NCBI GenBank assembly: GCA_000697335.1
Contig: JNEM01009543.1
Span: 1 to 45,587 of the forward strand
DNA length: 45,587 nucleotides
Reading direction: 5' to 3'
From: Conidiobolus incongruus B7586
Taxonomy: Eukaryota
Part shown: piece by piece, positions 22,570 through 34,425 of the stretch
How positions within the stretch are numbered: the stretch's first letter is position 1
How the letters are laid out: each line of letters begins with the position of its first letter
Notes under the pieces: generated by a model
Told to the model about the DNA's origin: nothing
Seen by the model: the letters and a program-made list of their open reading frames with translations, nothing else
The model's database searches: none
Translations under genes and position numbers: made by a program

Positions 22570-24098
22570 ATAGAAAAAAAACAAAATTAAGCTGTTTCCA
22601 AACCTTAACAAGAAGATATATTGATAGAACGGTTTAGAGTAATAAACTAGACTTATAATCAATATTTCAGAATGGTTGACAGGAGTAAATAAAATAAATT
22701 AAAAAACTAATATCAAATATGTAAATATAAAAAGCTCAAAGGATGAAATCTAGTTGGTATTAGAAATTACTTATATTTAAACATAACAATACACAACTTC
22801 CTAAAAATATAAAGACCAATTTTATCACTCACAAGAAATAATATAATATAAAAGTATATAAAATTAATTTGAGTTATTATTAATTTTAATTACTAGATAA
22901 AAAATGTTTTCCACTATGCCTATTTTAATAGCAAGCTAATTCAAACAACTAGACCATTTCCAGAAAAGCTCAATTATAGTTATTACCTTTAAATGATAAA
23001 ATTTGTTATAGATATTAATTGTGATATATTTCGTTTTGAATTTATTTTATGTTCATTTTATCACATTTAATCATATTTTACTGATATATAATATTGAATT
23101 CATATTTTAAAATATTTAATTATTCAATACTATACCCTTAAGTATTATATAATTTATTTTTTGATTATTGTAAACTTAATACCAATACCTTATATTGTTG
23201 AATTAACTTAATATTTTTATGTAAACTTATAATAAAGATATTTCATTATTTTTAATTAATCTAATTATTAAAAATTACAAATATAAAATTAAATAATCAT
23301 AATTGATATTATCTTCCTCTACATATAAATTAAATATCCATATTATTCTATTATTATTAAACTTCAAGAACACATTTTGATACCACTAAAAATTAATTAA
23401 GATAATAAAGCTTTTTTGTGAAATATAAAAAAAGAATTTTAGATTTTGATCCAAACATATAATCTTTTACAACTAATTACTCTTTTTTAATTAGATTGTA
23501 ACTTGAGTAAAAAAGATATTGAGAGAATTCATTGTTTCTATTTTACTTATAATAAGTTATAAATCAGATAATCTTAAAGAAATCTACTAAGGAAAATATT
23601 ACAAAATCAGAAAATAAATCCAAAACCTTCTGGATAAGGTATGTAAGAAACTTAGCAAATTGATTAATAAAAAAATGCATAATTTTACTTTAATTGGAGA
23701 CTGAAAAAATGGGGAGAAAAGCTAGTAAATGGATTGAGAGTAAAAGTATAAATGTAATGTTAAGATGGTTTTATTACAGATTTAAATAATACTTACTCAA
23801 CCAAATAAGAGAATACCTTTAGTGCGAGTTAATCATCTGTGATAAGCATTATATAAGCAAAACATGTGGTAATTGTGGATATTTGCATATATAACCTTGA
23901 TCAAGCAAGACTTTCAAGCATCTTCAATGTTATGTTGAGATGAATCAAAACGCCAATACTGCTAGAAACACACTCTCTCACTATTTAACAGTCAATCGAG
24001 CCAGCCTTTCAACATTGGGGTTGGGGCTTACTCCATTGGGATCTCTAGACTCTATGCAGGATTTGGACAATTTTAATTGTGAGCGATATCTAAGTTAA
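22570..24098 (+). pseudogene. tnpB: Fanzor2/TnpB RNA-guided endonuclease relic
   Basis: KIKLFPN..QEDILIERF..*TYNQ, VLEITY..FLK..KTNF, PFPEKLNY, RuvC-I LDFDPNI*SFTTNYS (23442-23483), IQNLLDKVCKKL, RuvC-II IILL*LETEKM, MLRWFYYRFK*YLL..REY, Zn finger SKTCGNCG (23856-23879), RuvC-III NQNANTARN (23943-23969). Confidence 0.9.
23004..23372. mobile_element. ~370-bp insertion in tnpB, probable solo LTR
   Basis: TnpB homology stops at ~23003 and resumes at ~23375. The insert begins TGTT, ends AACA and contains AATAAA. The TSD is only partial (aaatt/cattt). Confidence 0.45.
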
Positions 24099-24118
24099 AA
24101 TAAATCAATAAAATTGAT
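23985..24118 (+). ncRNA. Candidate omegaRNA (right-end RNA) scaffold plus flanking guide of the Fanzor2 element
   Basis: GC-richer segment directly after the RuvC-III codons, with hairpin GGGG-CTTA-CTCC (24023-24034). Abrupt return to AT-rich flank after ~24098. This is the position expected for TnpB/Fanzor guide RNAs. Confidence 0.5.
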
Positions 24119-25418
24119 TATAAAAATATATTGAATAGAAACCTCAATCTGGTTCTAAATTCCTTGCCATAGATTTTATATTGTCATTTTAAAATACCTA
24201 AATTGATATTCTGTTGTGAAGTCAAATGATTCAAGTCTTTAGTTACATATGAATGAAAAAAAATAATGGCAAAGAGAATTATTATTTGATTGAAAATGAT
24301 TTTTAATTCATTAATTATCAGATAAGTATATTTCACAATATTGATTAATATATGGTTAATTGAATTTGAAATATGCTAGAATTAATTGTTTTATAGATGA
24401 TTGAAATGGGATATAGTGTAATTAAACCATACTAAAGTAATTTAACTAATAAATTTTTATAAGATTGTCATCGTCTGCTTTATACTCTATTAGTAATTAT
24501 TTTTTTTCAAATTCATAATATTAACTTGATACCAGCAATGAAAGTTATTAAAAAAAATTAGAATTAAGTTATAAATTTTAATTTATCAAGAAACCTAGAT
24601 ATCCCGCAAATTTCCTTGAATAATTTGAAGACCAATAGTAAATGTAATAATATATTTTGGACTTTTGACTCTTGTGAAGATTAGGAAATTTGGTCAAATG
24701 TATAATCTGATTATCCACTTCACTATTTCCCAAATTTAGTACCAGGGTTTATCGGAATAAATGGTTAGAATGTTATAAAACAAATTTTTTACATTATCGA
24801 AATTAATAATATCATTAGTATAATTTGTTAATTTATCCCTATTTTCATATATTCAAATTAACTGGCTGTTTTTTATGATATTATTTTTAAAGTATATGGA
24901 ATGTTGTTATAATTTAGAGTTAATTTCAATAGTTGGTAAGGGATAAAATATGAGAATAATAAAAATGGAAAATTTTCAAATCCTGAGGGAAGCTAATTAT
25001 TCCATTAATATGAAGTAATAAATTAATTATACAAAAATCATAGCCTTATCATGCCAGTATTATATTTAGTACTATCTATGATATATTATCCTAAGCTTAA
25101 ATATAGTTTTAAATTCCATCCTTTTAATATGACAATAAATGGACTGAGATGAAGTAAGTCTGAAATATCTCTGGCTCGATTATTGATTCAAAAATTTTGA
25201 GACTGAAGTGAATTTCAAGTTTGATAACAATTCTCATAATCTAAGTGATCTGGAAAAGTGTTAGATGAGTGAAAAATGAGCCAATCAAATGTTAAAGACA
25301 TTTTATTTGATAAATTCGAGTTGTTCAGTGCATGAGATTTTATTTGAAAATGGGTTTCAAGTGCTTCAATATAAATAGATTTCCATTGACAAAATTTAGT
25401 GTATGATTAATATAACCA

Positions 25419-26645
25419 ATGATTCCCTCATCTCCCGTTCATAAACAATGGTCTCCTCAAAACGATGTATACTGTGAAGATGTAGTCCAAGAGTTTTCCA
25501 CTCTTTTAGGTGCTGAAATGTATGTGGACTTGACTAAACTACGTCAGATTTCTAGATATGGCATCCCCGACGAATTACGTGGGGTAAACCTTGATGGTTT
25601 TTTTTACAATGAACTTCTTGACCAATAATCATTTTAGGATGTATGGAAGTATTTACTCAAAGTTGAAAGCGCTGATAGAAGTAACATTCATCTATTGTAC
25701 TATATATTATGAACAATTATTAAATATTTTATTTAGCTAATGATATGGAAACTTATAAGCTCAATGAAGCGGAATACTTTCAACTTAGACCTCAAACCCA
25801 TGAATATACTAACAAGATACGTGGTGAAGTCAGTCGACTTCAAAATAGAATACAAAAGGTTCTCCCTAGCAAGTTATATGAAGATGTTATTGGAGCATAC
25901 TTGAACTATAACAAGCAAGCGGAATTTAATCCAAGTTGGGTTCATCTCTGTACACCTTTTGTGTTGGTATTAGAAAGAGAAGTAGAAGTATTTTATTGCT
26001 TTAAGAACCTAATGCAAATAATAGGTATTATATTTAAGATCCACTTGGCTCAAATTAGATTAATTTAATATCTAGACGATTACTTCTATACAAACCCCTT
26101 GGAAATACAGCTCACTCGCTTCCAAACTTTATTCCGAATGTTAATACCCGATTTGTAATATTTTTGATATATTCCAATTGTAATAAAATTACTAAAATTA
26201 CTAATATTTTATAGAAATGATTATTTTGAAGAAGAACAAGTGTCAATATACGAATGGACTACATCTTGGTTAACGAATTTATTCGCCAAAGAAATGCCCC
26301 CTGCGACACTAATATCTCTTTGGGATTTATATTTTGGAACTACCAATTTTATGGATCTTCATTTATATATGTGCATAGGTAAACTTTATCGGTATACTAT
26401 CTTGAACTAATATTTATACTATTTTGTTATAGCTATCTTACAGCAAAATCGAGAAAGGTTAGAAGAGTTAGAAAATTCAGAAATTAAGGCATTTTTATCT
26501 AGACTTCCAGAAATGGATATATTTACGGTAGGATATTTTATTCTATTATCTTGATTGTTGTTAATATGTGGTATTCTATTAGATCCGTCAAATTGCTACA
26601 GATCTTCAGCACCAAGCAATGGAAACATTAGCTGACCAACTTTGA
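25419..26645 (+). CDS. Rab-GAP TBC-domain protein, multi-exon
   Basis: DLTKLRQISRYGIPDELRG|DVWKYLL, EVFYCFKNLM, IPDL..YFEEE, W..W..LF..LWDLYF and HLYMCI|AIL. Confidence 0.85.
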
Positions 26646-27925
26646 TCTTGTACTTTGGATTAAATGTTATCTCATTTTTGGTCCATTTCCACTTTTTCTC
26701 CATCATCCAATATGCTTGATTTCGTTAATTCACTTTCTTAAATCTTTCTCTCTCCTTTTTACTCTATATTCATTTACACTCTCACTCTACATACAACAAT
26801 TTAAATATTTCGTCTTTCGTGCTCCAATTGTCACTCTGTATAATATATATACATAATTATTATCAAATTGTAATAGTTTTTGTATGCTAAAGTTACGAAT
26901 TTAGATGTTCTGTGGTAAAACTTTGCGTTAAGCATTAATATAGCCATCTATTCACTAATATCTTCCTAATTGACGAGGTATCAACAGATAAATTATCTGA
27001 TATATTAGTTTCACAAAATTTGTGTATGTAACTGCTACTTTCGCACCATTGACCAAACGTACCCCCTAAAGAATTCAATTCCTCTAATTATACACCTAAT
27101 ATAGTAAACTTTTTAAATACCTATAAGAGATTTAATTGTTTTATATAATTGTTGTATTTTGAAGAGTGAATCCCCTTCTCTTCCATGATCAACTCTAGTA
27201 TAAATATCTTTAAAAATTCTAATAATTGTATCATAAAACCACACTGATCATTTGATAATCTTATCACAAAATAAAAATAAATAGCATTACAAAATTAATG
27301 ATGATATATACTAATTAATTAAAAGTTACCATTTATTTTATCTAATCAACTCTATCTAATATTATTCTTTATAATGATGAATTTATAATTTTATATAATG
27401 ATATATTTCATATTTTATCAAATATTAAAAAACCAAAATTATAATTAAGATTAGATCTGATTAGATAATTTATGATTATGAACAATTTATATTAATATCA
27501 AATCATAGATTTGTTATAGTTATATATATATTTAAGTTTTATGAAACATATTTTCTATTAACAATAGTAGAAATATAAAATATCAGCTTAAGTTCAATAT
27601 TAGCATTTAATCATATAATATTAGGCAAATTGTATTCCTAACTATTGTAATACTCATATTTTTTACTAAATCATTGAACTATATGTATTAGATTAATATA
27701 ATTCATATAATAGAAATATTTAATAACGATTAAATATATGTAACTAGAAATTTAAGATATTATAAAAGCCATATATACATTGATTTATGAATTATAATTT
27801 TTTTCATATTTCAAAAACATACTTGATAATTTAGAAATTTCATTCAATTTGGTTCCGTTCAATTTTGTATATCAGGGATTATGTCATTTATTATAAATCT
27901 TTTATCAAATATAATGATATAGTTT

Positions 27926-28059
27926 AGTGACTATTAGGAGTACCGATACTAATTATTGTATGGATCGATCCTCAGAGTAGTAAGAATGTGCTAATTAAAA
28001 CGGGTGGTTGATTCGCAATATCGATCCAAGAAATCCATTTGGGTTGTATTGCAGTCACT
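27926..28059 (+). ncRNA. Candidate structured RNA (multi-branch fold), family unknown
   Basis: Nested stems: agtgact/agtcact, attag/ctaat, tggatcgat/atcgatcca (9 bp), aatcc/gggtt. It is a GC-richer island in very AT-rich intergenic DNA. Confidence 0.35.
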
Positions 28060-28557
28060 TTAATATAGATTTGTATTTTTTGTTAATAATTTGATATTAT
28101 TAAATAATTTTAATATGTAGAATATAATTACATTAGTAAAGATGATTGTAAAACTAATGATTTTTATCATTGGCTCAATAATTGTTTGGAAATTTGCTGA
28201 AAATTTACCCATCTTTTATATCCTCATTAGTATTACTGGTATTTTATAATATATATTTTGTAGTGGTATTCCAACCATAGGTATATATTATTTACTTCAA
28301 ACAATTTAATATGACAAAATTAAAGCATAGCAACTAGATATTATTGAAATATCTTGACAGATTTCAATCAATTCTATTCTAACTTTATTACTTGAATTCA
28401 ACCCAGTCCCATATTTTAACAGAAAAAACAAAATAAGATATTAAATGAAATTATACCAATCCTGAATATTCATATCCATCTAAAACAAAAAAAATATCAT
28501 TGAAGATTATCAATATTGAAAATTATTAATAGAAAATAATAATAATAATTAATTGAG

Positions 28558-31500
28558 ATGGATGACTATTCAATTCCATACATCCAACACGTCTTACCAC
28601 TCGTATCCCTAATAGGCTTGGATCCCGATATCGATCCCAAATCCACAACCAATCCGTCATACACGGCTCAAAAGGTGGACGTCACTAAAAAAATCATCGA
28701 AGCTTGGGGTGTTGATGATGGACCTGCACTGTGGCATCTTTCTGCAATTCCAAATACAGCACCATTGACTTCCAATTCGGGCATTTTGCAACATTGTAGG
28801 GAGAAATTTTTCGAGAAAGGCGGCCAAGCTATTCAGAAGGGTACTCATAATTTGTTCAAAGTTATTACTCAGCCCAAAGTAAATTAATTAATTTAGTACG
28901 TTTTTTAGTTTTTTTATTGAATATAATTTAGGTTATATTACCCACTAAAAAAACCAGTCAATCTCCTGGAACTTCTTCGTCACTCTCCCCTAACAACCAG
29001 GCGTCTCCCCTATTTCCAGACGGCGTTATGACACCGTTGTGGTGCTCCAAGCACCAGAACGAGTCGCCAGCAGTGTATATTATGTTCTTCGATTTGTGGA
29101 AATTCGACCAGGGTAATGACCAAACCGACGAGAATAAATTGCACCATATCTTAAATCAGAGTTCGGTTCAGAATACTGTGAGGGAGAAGGATAGTGCGCT
29201 AGCAATGACTATTTCCGAATACAGGTATTATTACAATTATACTTTGAAGTTAATTATATTGATATTCAGTTGATTTCAGAAAATCTATGAATGAAAGAGG
29301 CATCAAACTTATTGCAATATTTTGGAACTTAAACAACCAAGGTAAACTATAAAATTATTCCAATATTAAAAATTTCCTAATATTTTATTATGTAAAGATG
29401 ATTTCGTTGAGGATAGATTATTACATATTAGAAGAACTTCCGGTTTAGATCCTAAAACAGGATTCTTTATTTTAGACGACGAAGCTGCTAGGAGACTTCC
29501 AGAATTTATTCACAGGTTTTGATCATATCAACATATTCACATCGTTACATTCACTAACCAGCAATTAGTATTCAAAAATCCATGGCTGAATCGTGTATGA
29601 ATTACTATCGCGAAAGGTACAAAATAGTTAAGAAGAAGTACTCGCGCCTGAATCACTTACCTAGTCCCCTCCCCGAGAATGGTTTATCTATATTGGGATG
29701 GGCCGCTCGCTACGAATTTAAATTGGCGACCTTTGCGGCATTTCGGCAGGATTTTGAATTAGCTGTCAAGTAATTTGATCATGTTATTCAGTGGACTCTG
29801 ATTAATTAAGTTTTTAGACATTACGAAAGTTGTTATTTCAGTTTAATAGAAATGTTAATTAAATTGGAGTTGAGTACGTCTAAGAAAGAGAGGTGGATGG
29901 AAATTTTAGCATTTTTGGATTGTTTGAGTTTGAACGTAACTTTATTCCATAAACTATCTATTATTGTTTTTATTTATTTGATCTAGATTAATCGTTTAAT
30001 GCTATATTTGGAATCTCCTCAATTGTCTTTAATTCAGCTGAGGAGACATTTATTCTATGGGAAGTCACTAAGATTGTCCAAAGTGAGTGGCTTGGGATTG
30101 CCTGATCACCGATATTCCGAATGGGAATACTCTCAGTAATTTAATTCTACCATTCTATAGTTATATTATTGATATAGTTTCTTAGATATTTCGCATTTGC
30201 CGAACTACTTGATTGCGGTATCAAATTCGGAGTGAAATTCAATCCTATCAACTTGAGTGCATCGTCCCAATCCCAGTACAAAACCATCGCAATGACATCT
30301 AATTTACTATTACACGGATCTCCCGTTAAGAACAGAATTGGAGAAACTAAAATCACAACGCACTCGGGTTCCTCTTTTCAATTTTCTTCCGAGACTACGA
30401 ATATTTCACCCAATAACTCAAATGTTTTCCAGTATGATGATGTGAATCCAATTTCGATAGTTCAACATCCTGGTTACTATTATTATCAAGCTGCTGAGTG
30501 TTTGATTAATCGGATATGTCAACGTAAGGCCTATCTTGAAGAGGTGAATTTTCAATTAATTTCAATATATTTCATAATCTAATAATTATTTAGCAAAATA
30601 CCAGTCAAGATCAAAATTCAGAAAAAGAAACTGAGGAAGAATCAGCCAAAACCACAACCACCATCATTGAAGTATTATCCAAAAGTTATGAACAGTTCAA
30701 AAAATATCGTGGTCATCGTATGACTTTATTAGTTGCTTCCAAAATTGCTGAAACTTATTTAAATTCTGGGAAACATGATTTAGCTTCCAAGTAATTAACT
30801 TAAAACTTTCCATAACAATTTATAACTAATGTTGAAATTAGATTTTACGAAAGAATAGCTAAAAGCTACCGTAAAGAATCTTGGCCCAATTTATTACAAA
30901 CCGTATTATTAAACTTGTTAACTTGCGCTAAAAATATGGAGAATTCGGCGGAGTGGTTCTTACTCAATTCATTCGAATTGTTGTCGCCTAATTTTGCGTT
31001 AAACGACGATCAGCACCAAAACATCGTCAGAGGGATTAGTGAGAAGTTGAATGTAATCCTATTTGTATAGTATTTGATGATATTTAAATGCTAACTTCAT
31101 GTTTAGGAATCCGCCATACAACCAAGTTCTGAAACATCCAATTCTATTCCCAAGACTGTAGTAATCGATATCGACAATCCCAAATCGTCATTCATCTACT
31201 TCAACGCCATATTCGATCCCAGCCCAAGCGACACGCATTTGGGCGTCAAACTTCAACTACAAATCAGCGTGGCTAAGAGTCACACTGACGATAGCTTCAA
31301 TTTAAATTTCATTAAAGTGTCATTCAAAGACTCTCAATTCGATTTTCAGTTCCAGCATGATGATACTGTTTTGGTTAAAGCTATAGATTCCAGTTTGAAT
31401 GGCGACCAAGTTTGTTTCATTCAGCATCCATACGAAGACACCGATAATGAATCAAATAATTACGAAGATAATACGCTACGTATCATTCCAACTAATTTGG

Positions 31501-33541
31501 AATTGAATTGGAAGGGATGTATCAAGGTTTTGGAGACTACTTTACTTCCTGGTGATGCCGAATTCCTAGAGGTAGATTAATATATTACATATAAAATTCC
31601 TAATTAATTGGATATAGGTTACATCGATTCATGGATCCATATCCAATGCCAACTATCAAATCATTTTCAAACAAAAGTTACCAGACGTCAACCTTTCAGG
31701 GTCTTCCAAGTTGAGTGGGTTAAACGATCAAGTGCAGTATTCGGCGTTAGACGCTCAGCAGAGTGGTTCAAATGCTTTGGGTTTGGGTGGTAGTCCATCT
31801 AAGTGGTTGTCTCATTCCGAGGGTAATTTTAAACAATATAATAATATTTTTCAAATATTCATTTTTTAGATCAAGGTCTCAAATTTTATAAAACTAGAGT
31901 TTTTGGAACTTGTCACACTATCAAGTAACTTCAGCAATTCCTCAACTGTAATTTTGGCTAATTTCACTTTAGGATTCAGAAGCCAGTATCCTTACTAAAA
32001 TTGGAAATTTTACCTCCTACTCAATGTCTTTTGGATGAAGCCAATAATTCAACGATTAAAATTACCAATGAACATAAGGAAGAGATTAAAGTTGAATTGT
32101 ATATCAGTATTTTGAATCCTAGTCCAGGTACTTATATTTGCGTTAATAAGTAATCAGTTATTCATTTGATTTGTAGATGATAAACTTTTAGACAGCGATC
32201 AGTCCGAAATGATCTCCAAAGATTTGATTAAATTTAATATTGAATCAATCCAGCCTAGCGAATCTTATGAGCAGAATTTCAATTTTGTGTTTAGAGAATT
32301 CGAAGGTGAGAGACAATTGTCAGCAACCGTAAGTATAATCTTTATATTAAATAATGCATATACATGATAATGTTATTTAGGTTATCTATCATAAACTAAA
32401 TAATTCGTCATCAATAAAATTACAAGTGGAACAGTCATGCATATTTAATATTTCTAAGCCTTTCAATCTCGAGTTTCAATTCTTGCCACAATTTGGGATC
32501 AAACCATACATTCACAACGAATCAACTGATGGCAATATTGACACAATAATCAAATCCATTGCACCTAATCTGAATATAGTCAGGGAGTATCTGATACTTG
32601 CAAACATCTCTGGGACTCAAGAAATCGACATTGAAATTGAAGAAATTCAATGGATTGAACAAGTAATACATCGTTTTAACATACAGATACAAAGCTTAAC
32701 TATTTTTTAGAATGAAAGAATTGTCCATGACAGATATTCGATTGAAATGGTTGAACATGGAAGCTATCTAAAGAAACAAGGTAAAAATCTAGCATTTAAT
32801 ATATTAATCTATTATTGATTATATTTAGTGCTTAAATCCAATTTCCCATTCTCCATGCAAAATTTGATTAAGCTTCAATTGAAACATCCTGCTCTGGATT
32901 TTGACCCCGTTTCCAATAACCATTCAAAGGGTGAAGAGCCTGGTAATAGAGGTTGGAAAATTGATTTTAAGAAATTGACAATTATTTGGAGGAGGTAATT
33001 TCAATCAACGTATTTTTAAGGAATATATTAATTTGATAATAGAGCTGATTTTAAAGATAAAGTACCCAATTTCACCAATATTAACATCCCACCACTGTTT
33101 ATACCCAATTATAAGATTGAAGTGAATATAGGTAATTGCCTTAGATCAAAAAATTATTTTATTTTTAACGACAAATTAGATCTACCCAATCAAGCATTCG
33201 AAAACCAACCCTTCTCCATCAAGTACCAGATCCAAAACCTCACAAGTTTTACACAAGAGCTGTCGGCATCCTTCGACTTCAACAGCATTCCCTTAGTGTT
33301 CTCGGGATACAAGACCAAATCACTGCTGTGTCTGCCCTACTCCAAAAATGTCCTGTATGTCACCTGCCATCCACTGACGTATGGCCGCATCTTCCTGCCA
33401 CAACTCATCCTTGAGGAAGGCAAAACCCATAATCAAAACGGAGGCAATAGCCAAATGGACTTGGATGTGAGTAGGGATATCGACTGGGGGTGGGATCAGA
33501 AGACTACGTATTTGATGATATTACCAGATCATACTTCATAA
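28558..33541 (+). CDS. TRAPPC11: TRAPPC11 (foie gras/gryzun) trafficking subunit, many exons
   Basis: MDDY..HVLPLV, SPLFPDGVMTPLW..KH, GWAARYEFKLATFAAFRQD, QHPGYYYYQAA, IIEVLSKSYEQFKK, RIAKSYRKESW and C-terminal FSGYK..LPYS..PLTYG..LPQL. Confidence 0.9.
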
Positions 33542-33632
33542 ATTGATTAAAACAATATTATTCATTATTTAAATCAATAAAAAACTCGTCTACAATTAAC
33601 AATTTTTTATTATTTTAATATAATTTGAAATC

Positions 33633-34119
33633 CTACTGAGCCAAAGTATTCAATCTCAATTTAACGGACTTTGGCAAAAATCTAGACCACGTCTTAAGAA
33701 TCATAAACGTAAAAAATTGACGTTTGCCAGCTAACGTCCCCAAAGCAAACAACATCGCAGAATATGTCGGTAGGCCGAAGAATATGTAGCCGAGGCGATA
33801 GCTCCAAGGACCTTCCTTTAAACTTGCTAAATTTAGGATCAGTTATAATTATATTATTGATATTATTAAAGCGAATTGAATTACCTTTTTCACTGAACAT
33901 AGACTTGAGTAAAGGTCGCGTTATTAGTAAGGAACTGGAGCCAGTTACGGCGAACACTGTCATAACAATAACCACGTCTTTAAACCAGGGGATACTCTTC
34001 GGAGGGTGTTGTGACACTCTGCTCCAAAACGATGTGGAAAATGGAGATTTTGAATAGATTTGATGTCTTTGGGAATTGTTAATTAAAGTGGGATTGAATC
34101 GAATTGATGTTCTAATCAT
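33633..34119 (-). CDS. Small two-TM membrane protein with mitochondrial-presequence-like N-terminus (DUF6787-like), 2 exons
   Basis: Spliced: ..VIVMTVFAVTGSSSLLITRPLL..K|ASLKEGPWSYRLGYIFFGLPTYSAMLFALGTLAGKRQFF..WSRF. Arg/Ser-rich, acid-free N-terminus. Confidence 0.7.
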
Positions 34120-34425
34120 CTTGGTAGAATTTTGGAATACTTTAAATTTTGAATAATTATCAATTAATACTATTTTTAATATTTATATATTTTTTTAAAA
34201 TTTAAAAATAAGCAATAAAAAATAATTAAAATTAAATTTAAATTAATATAAATTATGATATCGTTAATTAATCTATTATTAATATCCACTGACTTTTGAT
34301 GGAGTTGTGGGTGTTGAAAAAGATTCCCACAAATTTTTTATTGAATTGAATATGGATTAATAGATGTGTAAGTTTGTGAGGTTATTTATATTTGTAGTGT
34401 ATATACATTACTTTAATTGTTAGGA

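Larger units (their letters stand above)
21967..24098 (+). mobile_element. Decayed IS607-family element carrying TnpA serine recombinase and Fanzor2/TnpB
   Basis: Adjacent, same-strand tnpA and tnpB relics in IS607 order. No TIRs, but related short direct motifs near both ends. End positions are inferred. Confidence 0.85.
21100..24740 (+). mobile_element. Possible heavily decayed Mutator/MULE transposase relic, split by the IS607-like element
   Basis: Weak motifs in the expected order: TTHNIKNKLGL, FLL..NFIW, LPEVF..IF..MLC, DIWL..EK, INKYSH..MLK. After 24098 come a SWIM-like ..YCH, D.S.*L, KKPR and a KC..C knuckle remnant. Confidence 0.4.

Noticed and set aside
27960..27985. CTGAGGA on the minus strand as a hammerhead ribozyme core
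   Set aside because: No correctly placed GAAA or stems II/III.
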